From Candidatus Aenigmatarchaeota archaeon (GTDB lineage Archaea; Aenigmatarchaeota; Aenigmatarchaeia; GW2011-AR5): a DNA stretch of 64,000 bases. This document shows, piece after piece, positions 54,815 to 64,000 of the stretch. How positions within the stretch are numbered: position 1 is the stretch's first letter; every line of letters begins with the position of its first letter. The stretch covers positions 416,001 through 480,000 of the forward strand of contig JACPJW010000001.1 of NCBI GenBank assembly GCA_016187335.1, given 5' to 3'. The translations under genes and the position numbers were made by a program. A model generated the notes under the pieces. It searched no databases. It was not told the origin of the DNA and worked only from the letters and a program-made list of their open reading frames with translations.

Positions 54815-55387
54815 TTATTTCACCGAGTAAAATCTAGGCAATAAGAGGATGCACCTGTCTTCGCCGACATGACGGTCCCATGCGGATCCGTTGAGGGTGG
54901 CACTTGTTATTTCTTTTGATTCTATTCTTTGTCTTGCTCTAGCGGCTTGATTTCTTGTTCGGTATTCCAAAAAACTAACAATACCGCCCTCCAATCTTAC
55001 AGGTACGTACCTGCCTGCTGGGGCGGAAAGATATTCGTTGCACATTTCTTCCTCCGTAGGAGTTGCTATGCGCTGGATTGCTAAAGATCTGCCCCAGATG
55101 TCGGTTTCATAGCCGGCAGAGCCTACAACATAATCCCTTCCTGTTTGAACAGCCTTGGTACCTTGCCTTACGCCGTAATCCCTGATCCTGTCGGCTGATG
55201 TGCACGCCTTAATTGCTAAACCGAAAACAATTACTGCGCCAAGCCCCAGCAAAACGCGCCTAGTGGAAGGAGGAATATTCTGGTAAGCTTGTCCAGGATG
55301 CCACCAAGGCGGCTGCGGTTGTGCTGGTTGCTGTGCCTGCGGCTGTCCCTGACCAGGCGGCTGTCCCGGCGGTGGGTTGATTGCCAT
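54815..55387 (-). CDS. Orphan membrane-anchored protein with P/Q-rich N-terminus
   Basis: MAINPPPGQPPGQGQPQAQQPAQPQPP, TM VLLGLGAVIVFGLAI. Confidence 0.65.
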   Translation of the reverse strand: MAINPPPGQPPGQGQPQAQQPAQPQPPWWHPGQAYQNIPPSTRRVLLGLGAVIVFGLAIKACTSADRIRDYGVRQGTKAVQTGRDYVVGSAGYETDIWGRSLAIQRIATPTEEEMCNEYLSAPAGRYVPVRLEGGIVSFLEYRTRNQAARARQRIESKEITSATLNGSAWDRHVGEDRCILLLPRFYSVK

Positions 55388-55415
55388 AACTAAACTAGCC
55401 TCATAAAGTATTTAA

Positions 55416-55868
55416 ATGTTACCATTTAGTAATCACATTATGGCAACAAGGCCTGAGGAAACACAACAACAGCTTCCCAGATCGAGGGACGCAAGTACTT
55501 ACGGAAGAGCAGCACTTTATGTTGGAGCAGGAATAGTAGCATCTTCTACATTGGGCTACGCTTTCGGAGCAGATGTCTTTAATTCAATCCCTAAAATGTT
55601 AGCTGGCTGGGGAGTTGGAGGAGTAGCGTGGGGCGTGCTTTACGCCATATCAGGGGCTTTTCCTGAACAGCGCCTCGCAGAAGCAGAACCAAGGCCTCCG
55701 GAACAAATCGAGCATCGTGCAGTGCTGAGAGAAGATGAACCTACCGAGCACGGGTTACTAGGACCCGGTGAGCCTGGTTTGCGCAGGTACGAAGAAAGAC
55801 GACCAGATGGTTCGGGTCACATAAGAACCGTAGAAATTTTACCGCCCCGGCAAAATGGAAACCCTTGA
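55416..55868 (+). CDS. Orphan two-TM protein with charged, Pro-rich C-terminus
   Basis: Two Gly-rich hydrophobic helices; likely start ATG 55440. Confidence 0.55.
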   Translation: MLPFSNHIMATRPEETQQQLPRSRDASTYGRAALYVGAGIVASSTLGYAFGADVFNSIPKMLAGWGVGGVAWGVLYAISGAFPEQRLAEAEPRPPEQIEHRAVLREDEPTEHGLLGPGEPGLRRYEERRPDGSGHIRTVEILPPRQNGNP

Positions 55869-55907
55869 AGGCGAACATCTTAAGGCGTTTAAATTCTTTG
55901 CAGTTTC

Positions 55908-56753
55908 TTGAATTTAGGATTAAAAATGACTTTACTCACTTACCTGGACAGGGCAAAGAGCTACCTTGGCGCAGGAATAGGCGGGCTTGCCGGCGGGTTC
56001 AAAGCCGCCGAAGCCTTCAAGGGTCTAAAAAGCCATGTAGAGCAGACTGTTATTGCTGATCCGCGTAAAAAGCAGAGCATCCTCAATGACCTTGAAGACG
56101 TATATAAGCAGGCACTGGATGGTCATCTGATTCAAAGCTTCAGAAGCGCTAAATATCTTATTTCTGACTTGTACGGCGAAATATTTCTCTACCCGGATTA
56201 CGTCAAGGGCAGGATTCGGGATTATATCAAGAGGGATGAAATATTAACCGATGCAGCATTTGCCGTTGACCTGGCAGAATTCTTGCCTCCTTACAAGAGA
56301 TTGGTTGAGAGGCTCTTGAAATTAAGACCGGTAAAATGGTTAAACGGTCTGGTAGGGACAGACCTGGATCCGATAGATTTGGGCATGATAACTTACATAG
56401 GCATAAAAACCGGTTATTTCAAGCACTACTGGCACGATGTTTTCGCAGAGCACGGATACACATGGCGGGCTTTGAACGAAGCGTTTCGCGGGACATTCAA
56501 GGTCATCATTCATGTCGGCATAGAAAAAGCGCTGCCAGGAGAAACGGCTGCGTTCTATCCTGACGATCTCGGGTTTGCATTAGATGCCTACAGGTCGCAA
56601 ATAGAAAGAGCCATTCCTCAGCAGGTTCATATGACCAGAGAAGAGCGGGCAAGAGCCAGACACAGCAGTTCATGGCATCCAAGCATAGAAGAAGACATAA
56701 GATGGATGCGAGAAAGAATAAACAGCTTTGCTTACGGCCCGCAACCTGCATAA
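55908..56753 (+). CDS. Hypothetical protein
   Basis: 281-aa ORF (likely start ATG 55926); no recognised motif. Confidence 0.65.
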   Translation: MNLGLKMTLLTYLDRAKSYLGAGIGGLAGGFKAAEAFKGLKSHVEQTVIADPRKKQSILNDLEDVYKQALDGHLIQSFRSAKYLISDLYGEIFLYPDYVKGRIRDYIKRDEILTDAAFAVDLAEFLPPYKRLVERLLKLRPVKWLNGLVGTDLDPIDLGMITYIGIKTGYFKHYWHDVFAEHGYTWRALNEAFRGTFKVIIHVGIEKALPGETAAFYPDDLGFALDAYRSQIERAIPQQVHMTREERARARHSSSWHPSIEEDIRWMRERINSFAYGPQPA

Positions 56754-56794
56754 CAGAAAAATCCTGCATTTAACAATTATCATCTAGGAAAAAG

Positions 56795-58048
56795 TCAGTT
56801 GCAGCCTCCTGCTAACTTTAGTGCAGTTTCTATGGGCCCTCCGGCACCTATGGCGCCCCGTGCCATGCTTGATGCTTGTGAGCACCGGGCCTGCGTTGCT
56901 TCCCTCTTTTTTTCGCTCACAGAGTTTTGAAATTCTTTCTGGGCTTCTTCCTGGGTGCTGAAAGAACGGTACTGGTCCCCTGTCCTAAACTCGTAGCCGC
57001 CGCCAGCCGCTTGTTGCGGCCTGGAGATGTTCATCTCCTTGAGCTGCTGGTCTTCCAGACTTCTCCATTCATTAGAAGCATGATAAGCAACCCTCTGAAG
57101 AAAGAAAGTCTTCAGGTCAGGGCTTCCTATAATGTCTGATGGCGGCGGCCTAGTTATTCCTGCATCAAAAGCAGCAGCCGCGGCGATAATACTTTTGATT
57201 TCCTCGCTGTCAAAAGGATTCAGGTAGGCTTCCATTTCCTGCATTTTCCTTTCAGGCGCTGTACGGCGCTGGTTTGCTATCAGCCTGATGTTCTGCTTTG
57301 CCCTGTTTATCTGCCGGGTTGCTTCAGCGTCTTTTTCATAAACGCCCTTGCCTTCGTTCCACCTATAGGACGTCAGCTGGCTGTAATATCTCAGGTCGCT
57401 CATGGGAACATTTCTCTGCCCTGGGTAAGGGGCTTTTGATTGGCCAATAATCTCGACAGGCGACAGAAAGTTGAAAGTGTCCTCGGTTTCAGAGAGCACC
57501 CTGTTTATGCCGCTTTCATCAAAGGCATAAACGCCAAAATTTGTCCACCACCTTGTGGCGGAGAACTCCATTCTCTTTGCGCCCATGAACAGCTTTCCTT
57601 CGTATGTCTTGAAGCCGGTTTCATCCCACTTAAAACCGTCAAAAACTTCATCCTTTACTTCCTTGACTCTGGCGCCTGAGCCGTCGTAAACAAACAACGC
57701 CGCTATGCCGCCGTTATCACATTGGTCATCGTCTTTTCCATAAGTTTCAGGAGCGCAATCAATCAACTGCACTACCGTATACCTGCCGCCCCTGAATTCC
57801 ACATTGTATGCCTTTGTTGCCTTCAGCCCTTCAAGCCATGAAGAATCAACGTTGGAAACATGAAATTCGCTGACATAAAGTTCTTCTTGAGAAGGGCGCC
57901 GCCTCTGGGTGTCAGCAAAAATAGCGGCACCGATTACCAGCGTTGCTGCAGCCCCTCCGATTGACAGCGCACGGATAAAGTTTTTCGGCCACTCTGGAGG
58001 TCTTTGGTGCTGCATAAGAAATAATATTTTTATGCCCTTATAAATCAA
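56795..58048 (-). CDS. Orphan membrane-anchored protein with beta-rich ectodomain and helical tail
   Basis: TM LSIGGAAATLVIGAAIFA; terminal CS...GGC Cys pair. Confidence 0.7.
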   Translation of the reverse strand: MIYKGIKILFLMQHQRPPEWPKNFIRALSIGGAAATLVIGAAIFADTQRRRPSQEELYVSEFHVSNVDSSWLEGLKATKAYNVEFRGGRYTVVQLIDCAPETYGKDDDQCDNGGIAALFVYDGSGARVKEVKDEVFDGFKWDETGFKTYEGKLFMGAKRMEFSATRWWTNFGVYAFDESGINRVLSETEDTFNFLSPVEIIGQSKAPYPGQRNVPMSDLRYYSQLTSYRWNEGKGVYEKDAEATRQINRAKQNIRLIANQRRTAPERKMQEMEAYLNPFDSEEIKSIIAAAAAFDAGITRPPPSDIIGSPDLKTFFLQRVAYHASNEWRSLEDQQLKEMNISRPQQAAGGGYEFRTGDQYRSFSTQEEAQKEFQNSVSEKKREATQARCSQASSMARGAIGAGGPIETALKLAGGCN

Positions 58049-58930
58049 TCACACCCCCATTACGGTCCTCAGGAAATTGCGCAGTCCGGGGCCGAGGCCT
58101 AGGGCAAGTATTGCGATTTTCAGGAAATTTCTTTTTTCTGCATCGTGCTTTTCAGGCATTTCCTTGTCAAGATAGTAAAGGACCAGAAGGATTACCGGAA
58201 GCTTCAGGACATAAATCCCTGCAGGGCCGAAAATGCTGATGAAAAATCCCGCGACAACATGCTGCTCGAAGTAGGGAAAAAACTGGATGGCAACAAAAGT
58301 GGTCGTGGCGTCAAACATGTGCGCGCCCAGAAGCATTGAGTTTTCCTGTGAAAGCACCTTGTCGCGCAGGCCGAAGATGTTTTTTTCTCTAGCAAGCCAT
58401 ATAACGAAGAACCAGGCAGCTGATATTGACAGCACTGATACAAGAGCGAAGACGTCGGCAATCCTTACCTGTGAAAGCAGCATAAGGTTCAGGGCAGCGC
58501 CGATGGCAAACCATGACTTGTGGTATTCTATCCTGCTTTTTCTTTCAATGAGCAGCGCAAGCAGGAGCGCTGCCAGGGCGACAAAAAACACGAATATGTA
58601 AATCAGCGGCGAAGTGAACAGGAGGTTTCTTGCCACATTGTACGCGTCAACAAGTATGAGCGGCGAAAAGAAAGTTTTCTGCAGCGCGAAATTGGTCCCT
58701 GCTGACTCCCACAAGTCCTCAACGGCGCGCAGGATGCCGCCCATCGCGATGTAAGGTATTACTGCGAAAATGAATTTTTTGTCCACAGCAACCCCCAGTT
58801 TTTTAAGCAGCTTGTAAACGCCGAACACCATCAGCACGAAGATTATCGCGTAAACGGATGTGTTGACGATGTTGTAGCCCGCGTTGTAGCGTATCGGGTC
58901 TATGAAATACTGCTGGAAAAAACCGGCCAT
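58049..58930 (-). CDS. DUF63-family archaeal membrane protein (start re-placed at ATG 58930)
   Basis: GYNIVNTSVYA, LRAVED, LFTSPLIY, AHMFDATTTFVAI, YFEQHVV, LGLGPGLRNFLR. Confidence 0.88.
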   Translation of the reverse strand: MAGFFQQYFIDPIRYNAGYNIVNTSVYAIIFVLMVFGVYKLLKKLGVAVDKKFIFAVIPYIAMGGILRAVEDLWESAGTNFALQKTFFSPLILVDAYNVARNLLFTSPLIYIFVFFVALAALLLALLIERKSRIEYHKSWFAIGAALNLMLLSQVRIADVFALVSVLSISAAWFFVIWLAREKNIFGLRDKVLSQENSMLLGAHMFDATTTFVAIQFFPYFEQHVVAGFFISIFGPAGIYVLKLPVILLVLYYLDKEMPEKHDAEKRNFLKIAILALGLGPGLRNFLRTVMGV

Positions 58931-59076
58931 GCTATCTAATTGGAAATCAAGCGTAAAAGCTTTTGTTTTAATTGTAATAACGGAAGCTTGGTCTGCTTTC
59001 AGTTTACAATTCAACAGCTAAACAGAACCCAACCGTATCTGGTTTCTCTTTCTGACTTGCTTCTTTGTTAAAAGTC

Positions 59077-59169
59077 TTTATACGAGGAGAATACCACTAT
59101 TTTGAAATAGTGGTATTATGGCATTCTCCTGTATAAAAGAATCCACAAATAAGATGGCGGATTCTTTTT
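59077..59169. promoter_or_regulatory. Nested long inverted repeats in the divergent intergenic region
   Basis: Perfect 13-bp arms AATACCACTATTT-TG-AAATAGTGGTATT (59090-59117) inside TTTATAC-G-AGGAGAAT/ATTCTCCT-GTATAAA; then AAAGAATCC/GGATTCTTT. Confidence 0.6.
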
Positions 59170-59204
59170 ATATTGCGGGTCAAATAATACATTTTAGTGT
59201 TATC

Positions 59205-60626
59205 ATGAATGCGTTTAGCAGTAAGAATGTGAAATTTGTTCTGCTTATTATTGCCGTCGTTTTTGCGGCCGGATGCACCTCCCAGCTGCCCACATTCGGC
59301 CTGGACGCCATAAGCGTGAACAAGGAAATCAGCATTGAGGGCGACCGCGACGTCCTTGCAATCAGGGACAAATTGACAATACCAAAATCGCCCATACTCA
59401 CGGACCAGTCCGTCCAGTTTTCTTATGTTTTGGAAAACAAGGACACGGCAAAAAAGGCTGAGAACGTAAGGATAGATTTGTTTGACGCGCCACTGATGAA
59501 AAGAAAGAGCTCTGACGGGCCTTTGTGCAATTTCGGCAGGGACTCCAGCGGGAACTTCGCGGAAAGCCGTTCGTGCTTTCCCAACGAATGCAAATCTAGG
59601 GACGGCAATGCATGCGTTTTATCGGATATACTGCCGGGCGAGCAGCGCCAGGTTACCTTTGACTTGTTCTCGCCTTCGCAGGGGCAGATAGCGGGCCTGA
59701 AAACGGATTTGAAGATGAACTTCAAGGTCACATACAATTTTGAGGGCTCCACTTCATTCACGGTTCCTGTCGTGAACCTTGAGGAAATAACAGCGAGGCA
59801 GCGCGCAGGCGACAAGATAAAGGTTGATGTGACGAAAAGCATAGGCTCGGGCCCGATACAGGTTGACCCCGAGCTTTTCGGATCTTCTTACATTTTAGGC
59901 GGCCAGTCAGGAACGTTCTTCTTCGTCATAAAAAACAAGGGAAAAGGAAATTTGCCTTCGTCGCAGGTGCCGAAAGGCGGGCTTTGCGTCTATTTCCCTA
60001 AGGAATTCTTCACTGAAAATACAATTCTGGTAAATCCTGACGGCATAGAATGCAGGGGTCCTGAGTGCCAGAAAGGCAATGCAGCAACCGGTGAAGTAAT
60101 ATCCAAATACATAAGTGATATTACGGGAACAGGCGACAAGCCGCTTGTAACCGGATACGCAACTGACGCCAGAAGTTACAGATGCTATTCTTCTTCATCC
60201 AATGCATGCCTGGAACCGTACCCAACCCTGGAAGAATGCCAGAACGCATGCTCAGACTTGGATGTTTCATGCATCCCTGCGGACGAATGCCTTCAGGACC
60301 AGGGCGGAAGCGGAACGGCGGTTCCCGCTGCAACACAGCAGAAAAAATCAGATCCCTTGTTTGATTGCATGAGCGTTTCCAGCGCACCGGATGCTGGATG
60401 CTACGAAAAAGACAAGCCCGAGCTAAGCAACATGGTTTTGTGCTACAACAGCCGCGCCATAGAGCTGTTCAGGGACGAATCGCGCGTGTCGATGAGGTTT
60501 TCAATCCACAAGATAAGCGAAATAAAGGACCAGCCTTTCAGGTCGATGACAGTCATTTCAAGGATAAAGTATCCTTACGAGCTGCGGGATTCTTTTGGAA
60601 TAACAGTAATACCAGCAAAGGAATAA
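59205..60626 (+). CDS. Putative lipoprotein, surface paralog family member 1 (with Cys-rich inserts); start re-placed at ATG 59205
   Basis: Lipobox-like VFAAG|C; VLENKD...VTYNF...VPVVNLEE...FFVIKNKGKG. Confidence 0.75.
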   Translation: MNAFSSKNVKFVLLIIAVVFAAGCTSQLPTFGLDAISVNKEISIEGDRDVLAIRDKLTIPKSPILTDQSVQFSYVLENKDTAKKAENVRIDLFDAPLMKRKSSDGPLCNFGRDSSGNFAESRSCFPNECKSRDGNACVLSDILPGEQRQVTFDLFSPSQGQIAGLKTDLKMNFKVTYNFEGSTSFTVPVVNLEEITARQRAGDKIKVDVTKSIGSGPIQVDPELFGSSYILGGQSGTFFFVIKNKGKGNLPSSQVPKGGLCVYFPKEFFTENTILVNPDGIECRGPECQKGNAATGEVISKYISDITGTGDKPLVTGYATDARSYRCYSSSSNACLEPYPTLEECQNACSDLDVSCIPADECLQDQGGSGTAVPAATQQKKSDPLFDCMSVSSAPDAGCYEKDKPELSNMVLCYNSRAIELFRDESRVSMRFSIHKISEIKDQPFRSMTVISRIKYPYELRDSFGITVIPAKE

Positions 60627-60698
60627 TGAAGCAAGAATAGAATGAAGCAGAACCTTTTGCTGGAAATTTTTGGAATAAACATCAGGGAAGTAATCTTA

Positions 60699-61520
60699 AT
60701 GGAAAGAAAAATATTTTTAAAAATATTTTTTCTTATTGCTCTTGCCGTTGCGGCGCTGGGATGCATTTCTTTCGGAGGCGTCACGAAGCTGAGCAGCGGC
60801 ACGCTTGTCATGAAGATAACTGCGGACCCGCCTGAAGTCTTCATTGACGGCCTGAGCAATGTATACGTTGACGTGGCCAACAAAGATGTGAAGACGCTGG
60901 AATCGGTAAGCATAGACGTGTTTGAAACAGGCTTAATGGACAGGAGCGGGGACTGCAGGCAGTCCGTTTCCGAGATGAAGCCGAACCAGTCGTTCACGGT
61001 GAAGTGCATGCTCAGGGCAAGGACGGAAATAACAAGCAGTGAAGTGAGCAATGATGTCCATGCCCGCGCAAAGTTCAGCGCGGTGCTGAGCATTCTGCAG
61101 CCCGTTGACTTTATCAGCAGCGACTGGTACGAGCGCCAGCGCCTTCTGGGCCTGCAGCTGAAGCCGAGAAAATTCGCTTATGCCGACCAGAATCTGCAAG
61201 CAACAGTTGAGTTCAGCGACAACATGCCCTTTGTGGTGCGCGAAGGCAAAAAATACTACATGTACATAACGGTTGAGAATGTAGGCGGCGGAATCATGAG
61301 CCAGATAGAGCCGCCTAAAATAGAATACGTTGACAAGTCGGCAAGAATAGCAAGGGAATGCGTGTTCGAAAAATTGCTTATAGTGGGGAAGAAATTCCCG
61401 CGCATTGCCTGCGAAATCACCCCGCCTGAAACGGATACGCAGAAGACTGTTGATTTAATATTGAACATAGGGTATAATTATGACATCAGGGATTCTGTTG
61501 TCGTGAAAATAAAGAAGTGA
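60699..61520 (+). CDS. Putative lipoprotein, surface paralog family member 2; start re-placed at ATG 60699
   Basis: AVAALG|C; VDVANKD, YITVENVGGG, LNIGYNY. Confidence 0.75.
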   Translation: MERKIFLKIFFLIALAVAALGCISFGGVTKLSSGTLVMKITADPPEVFIDGLSNVYVDVANKDVKTLESVSIDVFETGLMDRSGDCRQSVSEMKPNQSFTVKCMLRARTEITSSEVSNDVHARAKFSAVLSILQPVDFISSDWYERQRLLGLQLKPRKFAYADQNLQATVEFSDNMPFVVREGKKYYMYITVENVGGGIMSQIEPPKIEYVDKSARIARECVFEKLLIVGKKFPRIACEITPPETDTQKTVDLILNIGYNYDIRDSVVVKIKK

Positions 61521-61521
61521 T

Positions 61522-62994
61522 ATGATGAAGCAGAAAAAAAATCGCCTGTACTTTTTTCGTTTTGACGGAAAAAAATCTCTAGCACTTCTTCTTCTTATTA
61601 TTTTTCTCGCGCTTGGGTGCGTGCAGAAGCAGGTGAAGACAGATCCCAACGACGGGCTGAAGATATCGGAGTTCGTCATAGACCCGGACGATGTCGAGGG
61701 CTCGGATTATTTCTGGATATCCGCCCTGGTTGAGAACGTCGGCGGCACAACGGCAAGGAATGCGGAAGTCCAGGTTTACGGGATTTCATGGAAGGAAGAG
61801 AAAGTGACTTTGTTTTCCAGCAAGGAATTAAGGCCCCCCGAGCCGGAAAGGAACGTGGAAGGAGGAGTCGCTTTCGGCCAGAGGCGCATCCAGGCTCCGC
61901 AGCTTCCCGAAGGCATAACACACAAATTCAATTTCGTCGCCCGCGCATTATATGATTACTCAACGTCAGCTGTCACCCAGATTCCTGTAATGAGCAAGAC
62001 GGAGTTTGACAGGCAGAAGCTGAGGGGCAGCGTACTGCCTGCGCTGAAAATAACAAACACAAACGCGCCGATAAAGATTGACATGAGCGGCGGGAGCCCG
62101 ATAATCGCCGAGGAAGAGGATTCAGGGGAATTCTTTTTCAAGATACACCTGAAGAATACGGGGAGCGGAATTCCGATAACCAACGGCGTTACAGGTCTCA
62201 TAACAGGAACCGTAAGCATAGAGGGCGGCGGCAGGTTCAAGGAGTGCCTTGGGGTTAAAGACACGAGCAAGATAAAGCTGCCGGTTGATTCTTCCGGCAT
62301 CCTTCTGAGGCGCGGCGAATCGGTGACATTGCCCTGCTCTATTGAGCTTGATACTTCAAGGTGGGAGCAGATACCGCAGGGGGCGCTTCTGATAAGGTTT
62401 GAACTTACTTACAGGTATTTCACGGAAAATGAAGGGCAGCTTGTCGTTCACGGAAGAAGGCTGCGCAAGGGAGGAGAAACAGAGCCGGTCCCGACCGCTC
62501 CGAGCCGCGTGCCTTCGGATGTATTCCAGACGTCGACTCAATGCTATGCCCAGAAGGGCAGTTGCGTCAGCGGCGAGTGCAGCATTGACGAAGAGCAGAT
62601 AGGATACTGCGGAAATTTCAATGTAGTCTGCTGCAGGGCGCTTACGGAACCGGTCCCGGCGCCGACAGAGCCAGTACCTGCAAAGCCCACAGAGCCTGCG
62701 GAACCCACACCTTCAAAGCCTTCGTACTGCGATGTTCTTACATTCTGTGGCCCCAGGCCGGCTGACGAAAAGTGCAATCTGGATGACCAGGGCGGCCTCT
62801 ACAGGTCAGGGGCATCCAGGCCGTTCGGGACATTCTGCAATTTTGACAGCAAAGGAGATTATTTCATAGGCAGTATGCAGTCGTGGTTCAGGTGCGTTTC
62901 AGGATGTTACGACGACATCTACATAGACAAATACGACACGCCTATTCGCATAAAGGTGCCAGAATTCAACGAGTGCAGGCCTGAGTGCAAATGA
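61522..62994 (+). CDS. Putative lipoprotein, surface paralog family member 3 (Pro-rich linker, Cys-rich C-terminus)
   Basis: FLALG|CVQKQVKTD; LVENVGG, ALYDYSTSA...IPVMSKTEF, IHLKNTGSG; repeated TEPVPA motifs. Confidence 0.78.
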   Translation: MMKQKKNRLYFFRFDGKKSLALLLLIIFLALGCVQKQVKTDPNDGLKISEFVIDPDDVEGSDYFWISALVENVGGTTARNAEVQVYGISWKEEKVTLFSSKELRPPEPERNVEGGVAFGQRRIQAPQLPEGITHKFNFVARALYDYSTSAVTQIPVMSKTEFDRQKLRGSVLPALKITNTNAPIKIDMSGGSPIIAEEEDSGEFFFKIHLKNTGSGIPITNGVTGLITGTVSIEGGGRFKECLGVKDTSKIKLPVDSSGILLRRGESVTLPCSIELDTSRWEQIPQGALLIRFELTYRYFTENEGQLVVHGRRLRKGGETEPVPTAPSRVPSDVFQTSTQCYAQKGSCVSGECSIDEEQIGYCGNFNVVCCRALTEPVPAPTEPVPAKPTEPAEPTPSKPSYCDVLTFCGPRPADEKCNLDDQGGLYRSGASRPFGTFCNFDSKGDYFIGSMQSWFRCVSGCYDDIYIDKYDTPIRIKVPEFNECRPECK

Positions 62995-63064
62995 TTGATG
63001 CAATGCGGCCTAGATAAAAAAACTATTTAAGCGACCTCTGAGAAAAGATTAATTGGTGCCGCGA

Positions 63065-64000
63065 GTGAGAAATTATACCATAATATTTCTTCTGATTGCT
63101 GCTGTTGCCGTGTCCGGATGCGTGCAGGGAAAGCAGGTTAAGACGGACGACAACAACGGCCTGGTCATAAACTCGTTCACAGCAGAGCCGAAGACGGCTT
63201 TTCCTACGGATTCAGTCAGCTTCTTCCTGGATGCGGAGAACGTAGGCAGCTTTACTTCTGAATGCGCAAGGGCGCAGTTGTTCAATGTAGACAGCTGGCG
63301 CCTTACTGACGGAAGAAAGGTCAGCGACGAGCTTGAGGGCGTTCCTTTCCGTGGAGTCCAAGTAAGCCCGGGAGGAATTAGCATAAACATAGTGTTCGGC
63401 AGGCCCGTAAGCGTGAGCGTGAACATCCCGTTCGGCGACGCGGATCCAATCAAGCAGCAGTTCAAGGACGTCCTGTGCGGCTTCAACAGCCTCGGCTCGT
63501 TCAGCGACCAGCTTGTCAAGACGGACATTGATATTCTTCCTCCTGATGTTGACAGGAACAGGGCGGGCAAGATATTTGCGACGTCATGGACTTTGTTCCC
63601 GCCCGTGCTTCCCGAGGGCGTTTCAACCACATTCAATCCGAAGGCGCGCGTTTATTACCTTTATCAGAGCAACGCCATTGCGAAAATACCTGTCCTCTCA
63701 ATAAACGAATTCAGGAGAAGGCAGAATACCGGCCAGGACACAACGCTTGTCGCGGACATCTCCAACCAGCACTCGCCCGTAAAAATCGCGCTGACAAGGG
63801 GAGGGGACAGGCCCATAGTTGTTGACACGAACCCGAAGCTCCTGCAGAATTTCAATACGCAGAAAGAGCGCTCTACGTTTGTCTTTGAGATGCAGAACGT
63901 CGGCAACGGCTTCGTAACACCCGCTGAATTCATAGACGGCAAGCAGGGCGGATTCATTTTCGGCAAAATAATTCTTGACGGAACCGGCGTTGAGTTCTCC
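63065..64000 (+). CDS. Putative lipoprotein, surface paralog family member 4 (partial, runs off window end; not in ORF track)
   Basis: GTG 63065: MRNYTIIFLLIAAVAVSG|CVQGKQVKTDDNNGLVINSF...DAENVG...VYYLYQSNAIAKIPVLSINEF...FEMQNVGNG. Confidence 0.8.
   Translation, partial: MRNYTIIFLLIAAVAVSGCVQGKQVKTDDNNGLVINSFTAEPKTAFPTDSVSFFLDAENVGSFTSECARAQLFNVDSWRLTDGRKVSDELEGVPFRGVQVSPGGISINIVFGRPVSVSVNIPFGDADPIKQQFKDVLCGFNSLGSFSDQLVKTDIDILPPDVDRNRAGKIFATSWTLFPPVLPEGVSTTFNPKARVYYLYQSNAIAKIPVLSINEFRRRQNTGQDTTLVADISNQHSPVKIALTRGGDRPIVVDTNPKLLQNFNTQKERSTFVFEMQNVGNGFVTPAEFIDGKQGGFIFGKIILDGTGVEFS

Overview
Archaeal chromosome segment. Gene content and style fit a DPANN archaeon, possibly Aenigmarchaeota-like (inference). 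Housekeeping genes: top6A/B, Dim2, aIF1A, NMD3, thermosome, S17e, Nop5/fibrillarin, IleRS carrying a 557-aa LAGLIDADG intein, MBF1, HisRS, PINA ATPase, TFS and agmatinase. Also present are a type IV pilus-like locus and a classical mevalonate cluster (MVK, PMK, diphosphomevalonate decarboxylase). Two things stand out. (1) All eight tRNA genes I could reconstruct by hand are split by bulge-helix-bulge (BHB)-type introns: 18 introns in total, 14 at non-canonical positions, four in one tRNA-Leu(CAA). Many of these introns belong to short palindromic repeat families shared between unrelated tRNAs and positions. One family also occurs free between genes, at stop codons and in a pilin leader, oriented with transcription wherever its polarity can be read. 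This looks like a small mobile repeat system that uses tRNA splicing to stay harmless. (2) A 1492-aa multi-TM surface protein ends in a lytic-transglycosylase (SLT/lysozyme-fold)-like domain. It shares a structural domain with tandem lipoprotein paralogs nearby, suggesting a surface apparatus that may act on bacterial peptidoglycan. All calls are manual; no searches or folding programs were run.
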